A DNA stretch of 64,000 nt from the NCBI RefSeq assembly GCF_004010195.1, contig NC_057756.1:8938320-9002319 (forward strand), in the 5' to 3' direction. Made by a program: the position numbers and the translations under genes. The notes under the pieces are model-generated. The model worked only from the letters and a program-made list of their open reading frames with translations. It did no database searches and had not been told where the DNA came from. The DNA is from Chiloscyllium plagiosum. Taxonomy: Eukaryota. Positions 13,151 to 25,965 of the stretch are shown in pieces. Positions within the stretch are counted from its first letter, which is position 1. Every line of letters begins with the position of its first letter.

Positions 13151-13830
13151 GTCCTGCCAATCAAGTCCCACAGAGTCACAAGTATATAGGATAGTAAAGA
13201 AGGTATTTATATGCTTTCGTTTATTGGTCAGAGCATTGACTATAGGAGTTGGGAGGTCATGTTGCGGCTGTACAGGACATCGGTTGGGCCACTGTTGGCA
13301 TATTGTGAGCAATTCTGGTCTCCTTCCTGTTGGAAGGATGTTGTGAAACTTGAAAGGGTTCAGAAAAGATTTACAAGGACGTTGCCAGGGTTGGAGGATT
13401 TGAGCTATAGGGAGAGGCTGAACAGGCTGGGGCTGTTTTCTCTGGAGTGTAGGAGGCCGAGGGGTGACCTTATAGAGGTTTATAAAATCATGAGGGGCAT
13501 GGATAGGGTAGACAGACAAAGTCTTTTTCCCAGGGTGGAGGAGTCCAGAACTAAAGGCATAGATTTAGGGCGAGAGGGGAAAGATTTAAAAGGGACCTAA
13601 GGTTTGCACAGAGGGTGGTGCGTGCATAGAATGAGCTGCCAGAGGAAGTGGTGGAGGCTGGTACAATTACAACATTTAAAAGGCATCTGAATGGGTAAAT
13701 GAATAGGAAGGGTTTAGAGGGATATGGGCCAGGTGCTGGCAAATGGGATGAGATTAATTTAGCATATCTGGTCGGCATGGACGGGTTGGACCAAAGGGTC
13801 AGTTTCCGTGCTGTACAGCTCTATAACTCT
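13150..13830 (+). mobile_element. CR1 LINE 3' fragment
   Basis: YRSWEVMLRLYRT..LERVQKRFTR..LSYRERLNRLGLFSLE..GDLIEVYKIMRG. Confidence 0.85.
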
Positions 13831-14933
13831 ACAACTGTACAACACGAAGGACATTGATATCGGCAATTTTAAAACCTATTTTGAGAGCTTATGGACTGAC
13901 CCGTAGACTCAATGTCCATTCACTCGCGGAGTTGTCACTGAGGACTCCCTGCATCCCCGTGGTGTGGGCGAACTGTTGGGTATTCTGCATTGAGGTAAGG
14001 TTAAAGATCACACAACACCCGGTTATTGTCCAACAGGTTTATTTAGAATCACTACTTTATGACGCGCTGCTCCTTCATCAGGTAAGGTGCCACCCCCTTA
14101 CCCCAGCAAGAAAACTGAAACAAGGGGCACCCAGAAAGAGGGATAGTCTGGAGAGGAGGAAAAGCTAGTCAGTGTGGAGGCACAATAACTGACTCATCCT
14201 CCAGATGAACTGACAGTCTCAATGGAGGAACATGAAATGAAAGAGACAGGGGAGTGAATATCGGTGAGAAACAACTGGAAAAGAAAAGCATGCCAAACAC
14301 ATCAGCAGCTCCTCTGATGATGAAGGCGTACAGAGGGTCACCCCCAACAATAAAAAGAGACAGAGCAGCCCCACAGCCCAGAAAGACCAGGCGTCCCGAA
14401 AAGCCGGGCGAATCCCCAGTTTGATTTGCACTTCAAAACACAAAGGTTTAGCTTCGAAAAGCACTGAATTACTCAGAGATCATGACATTTATGATCAACG
14501 TGAGTATAGGCTGTTTCTGGCTGAGACTCAAATCTGCTCTTCCTGCAACATTCAAATTACTGCAGATACTGACATTTGTACTGAAAACAACTAATGCTAG
14601 AGACCACAGCAAAGTCAGGCAGCAGCCATGGAGAGAGAGTAAGCTAACATTTCGAGTCTTGGTGACCCTTCATCAGAACTGAAGTGTGGTTGGGAGTGGG
14701 GGGGGCAGCATTTATGCTGTGGGGGTGGGGGAAGGAGTTGGAGTGCGGGGGAGAAAGGATGTCGATAGTTTAGATTAGGTAAACGTCAGAAAGGCAGAAC
14801 AATGGGTGTGTCTAACTGCCAGACTGGAGAGACCAGACAGACCCACTGGGGTGAGGGGAGAGAGGACATGGTGACAGCAAGTGCAACAGGTCAAGTTAAA
14901 AGAAAGGGAAGAAGTGGGCTCATAATCTGAAGG

Positions 14934-15453
14934 AGCTGAAAATGTGTTGCTGGAAAAGCGCAGCAGGTCAGGCAGCATCCAAGGAGCAGGAGAATCGACG
15001 TTTCGGGCATAAGCCCTTCTTCAGGAATGAGGAAAGTGTGTCCAGCAGGCTAAGGTAAAAGGCTGGGAACCCTCCAACCACAAGGGATGAACTCAGATTT
15101 CTCCAGCTTCCTCATTTCCCCTCCCCCCACCTTATCTCAGTCCCAACCCTGGACTCAGCACCACCTTCTTGACCTGCAATCTTCTTCCTGACCTCTCTGC
15201 CCCAACTCCCTCTCCGGCCTATCACCCTCAACTTAACCTCCTTCCCACCTATCGCATTCCCAACGTCCCTCCTCCAAGTCCCTCCTCCCTACCTTTTATC
15301 TTAGCCTGCTTGGCACACCTTCCTCATTCCTGAAGAAGGGCTTATGCCCGAAACGTCGATTCTCCTGCTCCTTGGATGCTGCCTGACCTGCTGTGCTTTT
15401 CCAGCAACACATTTTCAGCTCTGATCTCCAGCATCTGCAGCCCTCACTTTCTC
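14934..15453. mobile_element. fold-back Penelope-derived element with hammerheads on both strands (14997-15024 minus, 15330-15357 plus)
   Basis: ~130-bp inverted arms; ~15-bp TSD ctcataatctgaagg on both sides; nested in an older Penelope-like copy starting near 14590. Confidence 0.8.
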
Positions 15454-16362
15454 CTCATAATCTGAAGGTGTTGAACTCAGGATTGAGCCCAGAAGGCTGT
15501 AAAGTGTCACGATGAGATGTTGTCCCTCTAGTTTTCACTGTGGTTCACTGGAACACTGCAGCGTGCCGAGGACAGGCAGTGGAGCATGTAAAAACAGTGA
15601 CTGCAGATGCTGGAGACCAGATTCTGGATTGGTGGTGCTGGAAGAGCACAGCACTTCAGGCAGCATCCGAGGAGCTTGCTGTGTTAGAATGACCCGCTCT
15701 GGTTCATTCATTTTGTGACTCTCCCATTCTCACAGGGAGAGAGGGGGGAGGAATGAGGGATCCGGGTGTCGAACCCTGTCGGGAAAAGCCAGGTCAAAGC
15801 TGCTTTTCCCCTGAAGGGGTTGGAGTGAGACACTGATCCGGGTGGGGACTCCCGGAAAACTGCGGGTCCAGAGCCGGGGAGTTGGGAGGAGGTGAGACCC
15901 AGGGGATTGATCCCTCCCATCTCACAGTACAATGTGGGTCAGTCTGTAACAAGCTCCTCCCCCCCCGGAAGTGGCGCCAGTTTTAAAGACCAGGACAGAG
16001 AGAGAGAGAGGGAGAGAATCCAGGGGGACATTGCAGTATCGGCTCTGGGCTGTATCTGAGACACGATCCGCTCTCCCTCCAACGTGGAGTTTTACCAAAT
16101 GTTTCTCAGCAGCTTCTCGGTCTCCTGTCAGTGTCTGACCCTGATCCTGATCGCAGTCCCGGTCCCGGTCCCGGTCCCGGGAAAGGAGCTGCAGGTACTT
16201 ACTGTCAGTGTCTCCCACCCGGGGGACACCGAGGGAGGGAGGGGGATCTGGGGAAACTTTCCGGGCAGTGAATCTGTTGGAAAGGGACTGACTGTTTTCT
16301 TGTTGCAGCGACACAGCTCCCAGAAACTACTCCCCCCGCTGCTGCTGCTAAATGTTGTTGCT

Positions 16363-16702
16363 TTTCTTTTAATTTCAAAAATATACTTTATTCATAAAAA
16401 AATCTTTGTGTATATACATCGTCTCAAACGCAGTTCGGTTCTGCACAGTAGCACATCAAACAAACAAACATTGGAGTTTGACTCTATCCAGACAAACCAA
16501 ATACCTCTCTTACTCACACAGGATTATATTTACATGCGTTGAGGCATTAGGAAAGCCCAATAACTGAATGGACCCTCATTTAACATCTGCAGAAATTCCT
16601 CAGACGGTGGTCTTTGCCCACTGCTCCTTGTTCTGGAAGACCAACAGGTTTCGGGCTAACCAAAGAGCATCTTACACCGAGTTGATGGTCCTCCAGGTAC
16701 AG
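16363..16702 (-). mobile_element. L1/Tx1 3' end inserted in the leader exon of paralog A
   Basis: The minus strand ends in aataaa plus an A-rich tail; matches 10725-10770; imperfect TSD atgttgttgct/atattattgct. Confidence 0.7.
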
Positions 16703-17877
16703 ATATTATTGCTGTTTCAGGTCAGTGCTGTGAGTGCTGGGACATTTCAGCAGGGATCAAAGGCTGGGGGTGGGGGGAATCAGGAATTCCTCTTGCTTTA
16801 AGGTGCTGTGTGGGCTGCAAGTGGACCCACTGAGGGAGTGGGACACAGTAGGCTCACATTACACACCGTGATCATGAGAGGGAGCTGAAAGGAAGGCACT
16901 TAATGTCTTCAGATTAACCCCTGGGATGGGAACAGTGGCACCTTGACACTTAACAACACTCAGTGACTTCAGGAGGGGAGACTGGGATCCACTGGCACTG
17001 GGATGGGTCTTCAGCAGTGGGATCAGGAATCTAGGACAACCCTGAGAACAAACAACTGTGACTTAAAGAGCATGAGGTATGGGGCATCAGGACTGGGGAC
17101 TGGGCTTTGTGTCCTGGGAGGTGGCAAGTTCTGAGTGTACTGGCGGGAAGAGGGGGCGGAAATTAAGGTCAACAGGTTAGTGGTGGAGGGTGGTGAGGAT
17201 CTACATTGTCTCGGCCCCTTTCACACCATCAGCTTCTGCCTCACCCCTGTATGGTGCACTCATCCATGACTGTCCTCACAATCTGTCCACAACACCTTTC
17301 ACAGTGAATCCCCACCTATAAAGACACACAACCTTTCCTGTCTTTAGATTTCAGTGTCAGGATTCTGCTCCACCTCACATCGTGCCCCTGCTCCATCTGT
17401 GATTCCCCCGCCCCCCAGGGGGGAGAGAGATGTGACCAATATCCTGATATATCCTCCCAGCGTATGTTCCAATGCAAAACATGTGATTCAAAGTGCTGTC
17501 CAGCTGCTCAGTGCTGACAAACATCCAGCACAAGCTGCTTTTAGTTGAAGACCCTCAATGTCTGAGCTTTAACCTTCCCCCAGAAATGAAAGCAGTGAGT
17601 TACTGATCAGAGCTTCTTGTAAATCCAGCATCGCAGTGTAACCATGTGAAGCTTGGGATGTAATGTACCAGCAGGGAGGTTCTATCTGTGGATAAATCCT
17701 TTCAATCTTTTCCAGGTGACTCGCCTGTCCCAGTTTCTGGGTTCCTTGGGGAGCAGGTTGTGCTGCCTTGTACCTACAAAGGGAATGTCCCAGTCTCTGA
17801 TCTATGGGTAATGTGAGGGAGGACAAACCAAGAGTGAAACTGTACAAAAGTTTGTCTATGGGAGTAATGATTTGAGA

Positions 17878-18584
17878 AGATAATTGTGAGATGTTGCATT
17901 TTGGTAAGACAAATCAAGACAGGTTTTAAACAGTTAATGGTGGGGCACTGAGAGTGCACAGATAGACAGGATGGTGAAGAAGGTGTTTAGCACGCTTGCC
18001 TTCATTGGTCAGATCATTGAATATAGAAGTTGGGATGTCATGTTATGTCGGTACAAAGCATTGTTGCGACCACTTTTGGAATACTTTATACAATTCGAGT
18101 CATCCTGCTATGGGAAGTGTGTTATTAAACTGCAGCGGGTGTAAAAAAGACTGACAAGGATATTATTGAGATTGGAGGGTTTGAGTTATAAGGATTGTCT
18201 GGATAGACTGGGACGTTTTCCCAAAGTGTCAGAGGCTGAGGGGTGATCTGAAAGAGCTTAATAAAATCATGAGAGTATAGATAAGGTGAATAGCCAACAC
18301 CTTTTCCCCAAAGAAGAGGAGTTCAGAACTAGAGGGCAGAGGTTTAAGGTTAGAGGGGAAGATTTTCACACACAGGTTGGAGTGTACACGGAACAAGGAA
18401 GTGGTCAAAGCGGTACAATTGCAACATTTAAAAGACACTTGGACAGATACATAGATAGGAAACATTTAGAGGGATATGGGCCAAATACAGGCAAATGGGG
18501 AGAGTTCAGTTTGGGGAAATTGCTCAGCGCGGATGATTTAGGCCGAAAGTCTGTTTCCATGGTGTTTGACTCTATGGCTCTATA
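17878..18584 (+). mobile_element. CR1 3' fragment inserted in the IgV exon of paralog A
   Basis: IgV sequence ..gatttgaga resumes as aacaagacccacagttc.. after the CR1 gactctatggctcta tail. Confidence 0.85.
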
Positions 18585-18842
18585 AACAAGACCCACAGTT
18601 CAGAAACAGAACATAACTTTCAAAGATCAACTGGAATATGGCAACTGGTCAGTTCTGATCTCTGACCTCAGGGAGACAGACCAGGATGAGTATCAGTGTC
18701 ACGTTTACAGCTGTAGAGTTATAGTCTGAGGAAACTGCTCTTGGTCAACTCTCTGTAACAGCTGAGAGATTTGTTTCGGTATTCTGTATTTAATCTCTGA
18801 GTATGGTGATGGTAGTGCAAGGATTATATTACTAGATGAGTA

Positions 18843-20186
18843 CGGGTAGTTCTCACATAAAGCGTGCTTCAGTAACGCAATTTGGCTATAATGTCACTGA
18901 AGAATTAGGGAATGGTATTTTCGAGAACATTTACCTCTGTCTGCAATAGTGCGATTCCAGCGGTAATCGTTTCACATGCTTCATTCTGCGCATGCACCAA
19001 TGTCAGCTGCCATCAGAGCATTTGAGAGGTGCACTACTCTACGCTGAGCAGCTTCACCCCAAACCATTAAACTAATGAATGTTCACTGCTCTCCCTCTAA
19101 GATAAGAATATGCTTGTATACTTCCTGGGTAAGCCCTGTATAATACCTGAGGACTGCATTACTCTTACACATGCCATTTCTAATTTGTTCTTTATTATTT
19201 GTTAGCAATGAGTGTCCTCGTGATGAAATTGTTTTCAAAGATGTTTTTAGACTGTATCGCAGGCAAAAAAAATTTGGATTTCAAAGCTCTCCTCATCCTG
19301 CGCCAAGCCACCCTGCTACCATTGGTGAGCTTTCTGAAAACATCAAAGTGCTATTTCTACCTCCAAACATAACTTCTCTCAACCCATGGACCAGGATACA
19401 AAATCAGCTTTTAAAGTTTATTATGTAAGGCACACATTCAAGAAACTGATTTAATAAGGACAGTGTTCTTCAATTTTGGAAGAGCTTTAACATCAAGAGT
19501 GCTATTGACATTATTGTGGAGGCCTGGGGTGATGTCAGTAAGCACTGACTGCATGCAATTTGGCAGCAGCTTCCCCTGAATTTCTTTTCGAGATTTTAAA
19601 GATAAGAACTGTCAGAGGAGCTCCCAAAAATCAAAGAGCATTGAGTTGCCCTTGCAAAGCAGGTTGGCTTTGAAGAAGTGGAAAATGAGGATATTGAAGA
19701 GCTGCTTGAGTCTCACTGTTAAAACCTCTACAAGTCATCTACAACAGCTTGTCGCTGAGAGGGAAGTGGAAGCTGGAGAAGTAAAAGGGTGAAGCAGCCA
19801 AAACTGAATGTCTTTTTTTAAACCAACCTCCCCCAACCAAGAAACAGCATGAAGACAATCAACCATAGTGATCCACTTCTGCAACCACCAGTGTACCTGA
19901 AGGTGGTGATGATGATGACCCTCTGTCCCTACATTAACAATATTTTTCAATGTAATGAGTTAAATTTAATTTTGTTTAATTAATAAATATGATTGAAACC
20001 TTCATTTAGGCTGTGCTATATTTTATGTTAAGCGTTTGGGTTATTTTTGAGCAATTCTGAGTGGTATTTTTTACTGCTCTGTCCCATCCCCACTTTTCCC
20101 ATGGGCCCCATTATTTCTATTATGCGATTTTCTATTAAGCGAGGTTTTGCTGGAGTGCAACTGCCTTGTTGTAGGAGAACTACCTG
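18843..20186 (+). mobile_element. Tigger/pogo (Tc1-mariner superfamily) DNA transposon, internally deleted
   Basis: TIRs cgggtagttctc / gagaactacctg; TA on both sides; transposase remnant APSHP..IKVLFLPPNITSL..FWKSFNIKSAIDIIVEAWGDV..VGFEEV; the site is empty in gene B (~33400). Confidence 0.85.
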
Positions 20187-20379
20187 TAACCCAGAGACCT
20201 AAACTAATGATCCAGAGAATGAGAGTTCAAATCCTGCCATGGCACTTTCAGAATTAAAATTCGATTTATTAAATAAAAATTAGGAAATACTAAGTTGGTC
20301 CCAATAAAAGTGACCATGAAGATGTTGGATTCTTGTAAAACCATCACGGATGACCCTTTAGGTAAAAGAACCCAAAGTG

Positions 20380-21530
20380 GTCCCAGAGAACATAAGGAAC
20401 TGACTTTGGAAATAGTGGCCGAATTAGTGATTCAAGATTCTACAGACTTGGGAAGCGTCCCTTTGTATTGAGGGTAACTAATAGAACCAGACAATTTAAA
20501 AATAGAAGGTAGAGAGAAAACAGGGAATTACAGATGGGTTAGCTTGGCATTAGTAGTGGGGAAAATGCTAGAGTCTGTGGTGGAAGATTTAAAGTAGAGC
20601 ACTTGGAAAACAGTGACAGGATCAGACAGAGTCAGGATGGATTTATGAAAGGGAAATAATGTTCAACAAATCAACTGGAATTGTTCAAGAATTGAACAAA
20701 GAGTTGCCAAGGGTGAACCAGTGGATGTGATTTACCTGGACTTCCACAAGGCTTCTAATAAGGTCCCACATCAGAGTTTAGAGTTTAAAATTAAAGCACA
20801 TGGGATTGGGGGAGTGTCCTGATATGGATAGAGAATTGGCAGGAGGCTGGAAGAACACAGCAAGCCAGGCAGCATCAGGAGGTGTAGAAGTCGACCCTTC
20901 TTCAGGACCTACTACTTGTCTACTTTGGATTCCAGCATCTGCAGTTTTTTTTTGTCTCTATTTATAGAGAATTGGCAGACAATAAATAAAAGAGTCCGAA
21001 TAAACAGGTCATTTACTGAGTGGCAGCCAGTAGCTAATGGGGTACCGCAGGGGTTCAGTGCTTGGGCCACATCTATTCACAAAATATATTAATGATTGAG
21101 ATGAAGGATTTAAAGGTATTGCCTGGAAAGTCTGCAGATGCTACAAGCAGGATGGGAAGGTGAGCTGTGAGGAGGATGCAGAAAGCTTCAGTGCGATTTG
21201 GACAAATTCAGTCTGTGGGAAAATACATGACAGATGAAGTATAATGTGAATAAATGTGAGATTATTCACTATGGGAGCAAAAACAGGAGAACACATTATT
21301 ATCTGATTGGGGTTAGATTGGGAAAGGGGAATGTTCAACGAGACCTATGTATCTCTGTACACATACTTGCTGAAAGTAAGCATTGCGGGCGCAGCAGGTG
21401 GTGAAGAAGGCAAATAGTATGTTCACCTTCAGAGCAAGAGGATTGGAGTACAGGGTGTCTTGACGCAATTGTATAGGGCCTAGGTGGGACCACACTTGGA
21501 GTACTGTATGCAGTTTCGCACACCATACTT
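20380..21530 (+). mobile_element. CR1 ORF2 RT fragments
   Basis: GFMKGK..VDVIYLDFHKASNKVPH; GVPQG; VKKANSM. Confidence 0.7.
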
Positions 21531-21870
21531 AGCACATGATGTTTTCTTTAGAGTGAACTCGTGCAGTTGCACTGAAAACTGTCGAACTTGTCAGGATTTA
21601 AATAGTTTGTTGAATAAAAATATGGAAACAGCAAGTTGGTCCAAATTAAAGTGATCATGAAGCCGTTGGATTGTTGTAAAACCCCATCTGGTTCCCTCAT
21701 GTCCCTTGAGGGAAGGAAACCTGCCGTCCTTACCCGGTCTGGTATATCTGTGACTCCAGTCACACACTAACCTGGGGACATTTAACTGCCCTGTTTAATT
21801 GTCTGAGCACATTAATCAGTTTGTACACCAAACCCCTAGACAGGAAAATCCACAATAAAACTGAATGGGT

Positions 21871-22287
21871 AGAGCCCGGGTGTCCTTGGAGAAGGAGCAC
21901 GCAGTCTCCACCAGCACCCTTGAGGTATTCAGGGAGAGGTGGGCGCCACAGGGAGTGGAGTGCATTATTTCCCCCTCCAACTCTATTTTGAGTTAATCCC
22001 TGCCCTCCCCTTCACTGTTTGATCACACAGCATTGCCCTTTGATGTGAAGGGCACTGCTTGTCACTGGCCACTCGGGTGTTTCCTTTCTTCCTGTTGGTG
22101 GAAATTGAATAAAGATTCATGCACCTTGTGTCTCTCACTGTATCTCACACCTGCACACACACAACATGGGTGCTGGGGAAAAAATAAGCACTACCACAGT
22201 TAGGCGGGAGTGTGGGGGAAAGGAAAAATAAAAAAAAGGGTGTGAAACATCCTGTTCACTCTGAGAGCTGCCTCTGAAAAAAAATAA
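21871..22287 (+). mobile_element. 5'-truncated L1/Tx1-like 3' end with poly(A)
   Basis: 17-bp TSD aataaaactgaatgggt (21854-21870, 22288-22304); ORF end RARVSLEKEHAVSTSTLEVFRERWAPQG; A-rich tail. Confidence 0.75.
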
Positions 22288-23085
22288 AATAAAACTGAAT
22301 GGGTCACTGGCTGTGAGTCAGGCATTGAATCAGGACACAGCAATGACACAGCCAGCCCAGCTGACCCTGCAAAGTCCCCCTCACGAACATCTGGGGACTG
22401 GGGTCCAATTTGGGAGACTGTGGGACATAGTCACACTGACAGAAATAACACAACACCCCAGACTCCCCTATCACCATCCCAGGGTATGTCCTATCCCACT
22501 GGAAGGACAGGCCCACCAAAGGTGAGGGCACAGAGCGTACAGTCTGGAGGGAGTGACCCTAGATTAAAGACAGTGTGGTATTATATTGACCCAGTTGTAA
22601 AGCACATTCCACACAATCCTTCTTGGAGAAATAATATTTTAAAATTAAAATGATTTCAGCTGTTGTTGGATTTAATGGATGGGAGACTGCTGCTGGTCAG
22701 TGTCCAGTTCTCGCTATTGGAAAGCATGTATCCATCCATGTGTGTGTGTGTGTGTAAGGAGTTGTGGGGTGGTCTGGTGTGTGTGTGATTATTGGGATCT
22801 AACCTCCTACATCCCTCTAGGACAAGAATTACCCAGGGATCTGTTTGTACTGGGGCTGGTTCTGAAACACTAGGTGCTGAAGGTCTCCGCTGTTAGTATT
22901 GTTTGTGTGTCCCAGCCTGTTAATGGCTTCATTTGTTTCTAGGTTCTGGACTCTCCACTGAAGCAAGAGCTGGATTGGGAATCGGGATTGTTTCTGAGAT
23001 GGTTGATGTTTTTGTTGTCGCTTAAATAATGGTTTACATCCTCCAAAATAAACAGATGTGATGAACTGAGATATTTGCATCATCA

Positions 23086-23232
23086 ATAGACACTGGTGAG
23101 TTGCCGGAAGACTGGAGGTTGGCTAACGTGGTGCAACTGTTTAAGAAGGGTGGTAAGGACAAGCCAGGGAACTATAGACCGGTGAGCCTGACCTCGGTGT
23201 TGGGCAAGTTGTTGGAGGAAATCCTGAGGGAT
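23086..23232 (+). mobile_element. CR1 ORF2 fragment
   Basis: GELPEDWRLANVVQLFKKGGKDKPGNYRPVSLTSVLGKLLE. Confidence 0.85.
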
Positions 23233-23239
23233 TCACGTT

Positions 23240-25690
23240 TGTCTTCAGCTTGGACACTGCCTTAGGAGTGATGGAGCAGGAGGAGTCTGGAACAAGGACC
23301 CCCGCTGGGCTCTGTGCAAGTTTCCAGCTCAGACACAGGTACAGGAATGATAGTGGAGGAGGAGTCTGGAACAAGGACCCCGCTGGGCCCTGCACATGTT
23401 TCCAGCTCAGACACAGCCACAGGAATGGTAGAGGAGGAGGGGTCTGGAACAAGGACCCCACTGGGCCCTGTGCAAGTTTCCAGCTCAGACACACAGCCAC
23501 ACGAATGGTGGTGGAGGAGTCTGGAACAAAGACCCGGCTGGGCCCTATGCAAGATTCGAGCTCAGACATAGTCACAGGAATAGTAGTGGAGGAGGAGTCT
23601 GGAACAAGGGCCCCGCTGGGCCCTGTGCAAGTTTCCAGCTCAGACACACAGCCACACGAATGGTGGTGGAGGAGTCTGGAACAAAGACCCGGCTGGGCCC
23701 TATGCAAGTTACCAGGTCAGCCACAGCCACAGGAATGGTAGTGGAGGAGGGGTCTGGAACAAGACCCCTGCTGGGCCCTGGGCAAGCTTCCCACTCCGAC
23801 ATAGCCACAGGAATGGTAATTGAGGAGGGGTCTGGAACAAGGACACCTGCTGGGCCTTGCACATGTTTCCAGCTCAGACACAGCCTTAGGAATGGTGGCG
23901 GAGGAAGAGTCTGGAACAAGGACCATGCTGGGCCATATGCATGTTTCCAGGTCAGACACAGCCACAGGAATGGTAGTGGAGCAGGAGTCTGGAACAAGGA
24001 CCCCCGTTGGGCCCTGTGCACGTTTCCAGCTCAAACACAGCCACAGGAATGGTAGTGGAGGTGGGGTCTGGAACAAGGACGCCTGCTAGGCCCTGTGCAA
24101 GGTTCCAGGTTAGACACAGCCACAGGAATGGTAGTGGAGGAGGGGTCTGGAACAAGGACGCCTGCTAGGCCCTGTGCAAGGTTCCAGCTCAGACACAGCT
24201 ACAGGAATGGTGGTGAAGGAGGGATCTGGAACAAAGACCCCGCTGGGCCCTATGCAAGCTTCCAGCTCAGACAAATCCACAGGAATGGTAGTGGAGGAAC
24301 GGTCTGGAACAAGGACCGCATGCGCCCTGCACATGTTTCCAGCTCAGACATAGCCACAGGAATGGTGGTGGAGGAGGGGTCTGGAACAAGGACCCCACTG
24401 GGCCCTGTGCAGGTTTCCAGGTTTGACACAGCCACAGGAATGCTAGTGGAGGAGGGGTCTGGAACAAGGACCCCGCTGGACCCTGCACATGTTTCCAACT
24501 CAGACATAGCCACAGGGATTGTCATGGAGGAGGGGTCTGGAACAAGGAATCCACTGGGCCTTGTGCACGTTTCCAGCTCAGACACAGCCACAGGAATGGT
24601 GGTGGAGGAGGGGTCTGGAACAAGGACCCCGTTGGGCCCTATGCAAGTTTCCAGCTCAGACACAGCCACAGGAATGGTAGTGGAGGAGGGGTCTGGAACA
24701 AGGACCCCGCTGCGCCCTGCACATGTTTCCAGCTCAGACATAGCCACAGGAATGGTGGTGGAGGAGGGGTCTGGAACAAGGACCCCGCTGCGCCCTGCAC
24801 ATGTTTCCAGCTCAGACATAGCCACGGGCTGGTCCTGGAGGAGGTGTCTGCAACAAGGACCTCACTGGGTCTTGTGCACGTTTCCAGCTCAGACACAGCC
24901 ACAGGAATGGTAGTGGAGGAGGGGTCTGGAACATGGACCCCACTGGGCCCTGTGTAAGTTTCCAGGTCAGACACAGCCACAGATGGAAATGTGTTGCTGG
25001 AAAAGAGCAGCAGGTCAGGCAGCATCTAGGGAACAGGAGAATCGACGTTTCGGGCATTAGCCCTTCTTCAGGAATCACAGGAATTATGAAGAAGGGCTAA
25101 TGCCCGAAACGTCGATTCTCCTGTTCCCTGGATGCTGCCTGACCTGCTGCGCTTTTCCAGCAACACATTTCCATCTCTGATCTCCAGCATCTGCAGACCT
25201 CACTTTCTCCTCAAAGACACAGCCACAGGAATGGTAGTGGAGGAGGGGTCTGGAACAAGGACCCCGCTGGGCCCTGTGCAAGTTTCCAGCTCAGATACAA
25301 TCACAGAAATGGTGATGGATGAGGGGTCTGGAACATGGACCCCGCTGGGCCCTGTGCAAATGTCCAGCTCAGATACAACCACAGGAATGGTGATGGAGGA
25401 GGGGTTTGGAACAAGGACCCGCTGGGCCCTGTGCAAGTTTCCAGGTTCGACACAGCCACAGGAATGGTACAAGAGCAGGAGTCTAGAACAAGGACCCCCG
25501 CTGGGCCCTGTGCAAATTTCCAGCTCAGACACAGCCACAGGAATGGTAGTGGAGGAGGAGTCTGGAACAAGGACCCCGCTGGGCCCTGTGCAAGTTCCAG
25601 GTTTGACACAGCCACAGGAATGGTGGTGGAGGAGGAGTCTGGAACAAGGACCCCGCTGGGGCCTGTGCAAGTTTCCAGGTTAGACATGGC
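23240..25690 (+). repeat. 78-bp minisatellite, about 28 units
   Basis: Unit cagctcagacacagccacaggaatggtagtggaggaggggtctggaacaaggaccccgctgggccctgtgcaagtttc; occasional 1-bp indels. Confidence 0.95.
24983..25214. mobile_element. fold-back Penelope/hammerhead mini-element inside the minisatellite
   Basis: 14-bp TSD agacacagccacag (24969-24982, 25215-25228); inverted arms; intact hammerhead core on minus at 25044-25071, plus-strand core mutated (ATGAAGA). Confidence 0.85.
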
Positions 25691-25745
25691 ATTGAAGCAG
25701 AGGCTGAGGAGCAGCACTATACAAACTCCAGCTGATATCCAGCAG

Positions 25746-25965
25746 GAGGTAAAAACAATGGCTGCAGATGCTGGAAACCAGATTCTGGATCAGTGGTGTT
25801 GGAAGAGCACAGCAGTTCAGGCAGCATCCAATGAGCAGCGAAATCGATGTTTCAGGCAAAAGCCCTTCATCAGGAATTCCTGATGAAGGGCTCTTGCCTG
25901 AAACGTCGATTTCACTGCTCCTTGGATGCTGCCTAAACTGCTGTGCTCTTCCAGCACCACTAATC
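25746..25965. mobile_element. fold-back Penelope/hammerhead mini-element
   Basis: 14-bp TSD ctgatatccagcag (25732-25745, 25966-25979); palindrome centred on GAATTC 25874-25879; hammerhead core 25880-25907 (+). Confidence 0.85.

Larger units (their letters stand above)
16099..23057 (+). pseudogene. B7/BTN-like IgV paralog A (exon 1 to 16194; leader 16309-16720; IgV 17716-18761; linker remnant ~21552-21594; TM 22943-23057)
   Basis: Exons and flanking introns are homologous to gene B. The leader is split by a Tx1 insert. The IgV has TGA at 17814, a CR1 insertion and a GT->CT donor. The TM exon has TAA at 23023. Confidence 0.85.

Noticed and set aside
16084..16542. 152-aa single-exon ORF
   Set aside because: It is read-through of exon 1, a 114-nt intron, a broken exon 2 and an antisense Tx1 insert
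23240..25690. CRISPR-like array, or real genes in the many overlapping ORFs
   Set aside because: Units are contiguous with no unique spacers, there are no cas genes and the context is eukaryotic. ORFs in several frames on both strands arise because the unit lacks stops.
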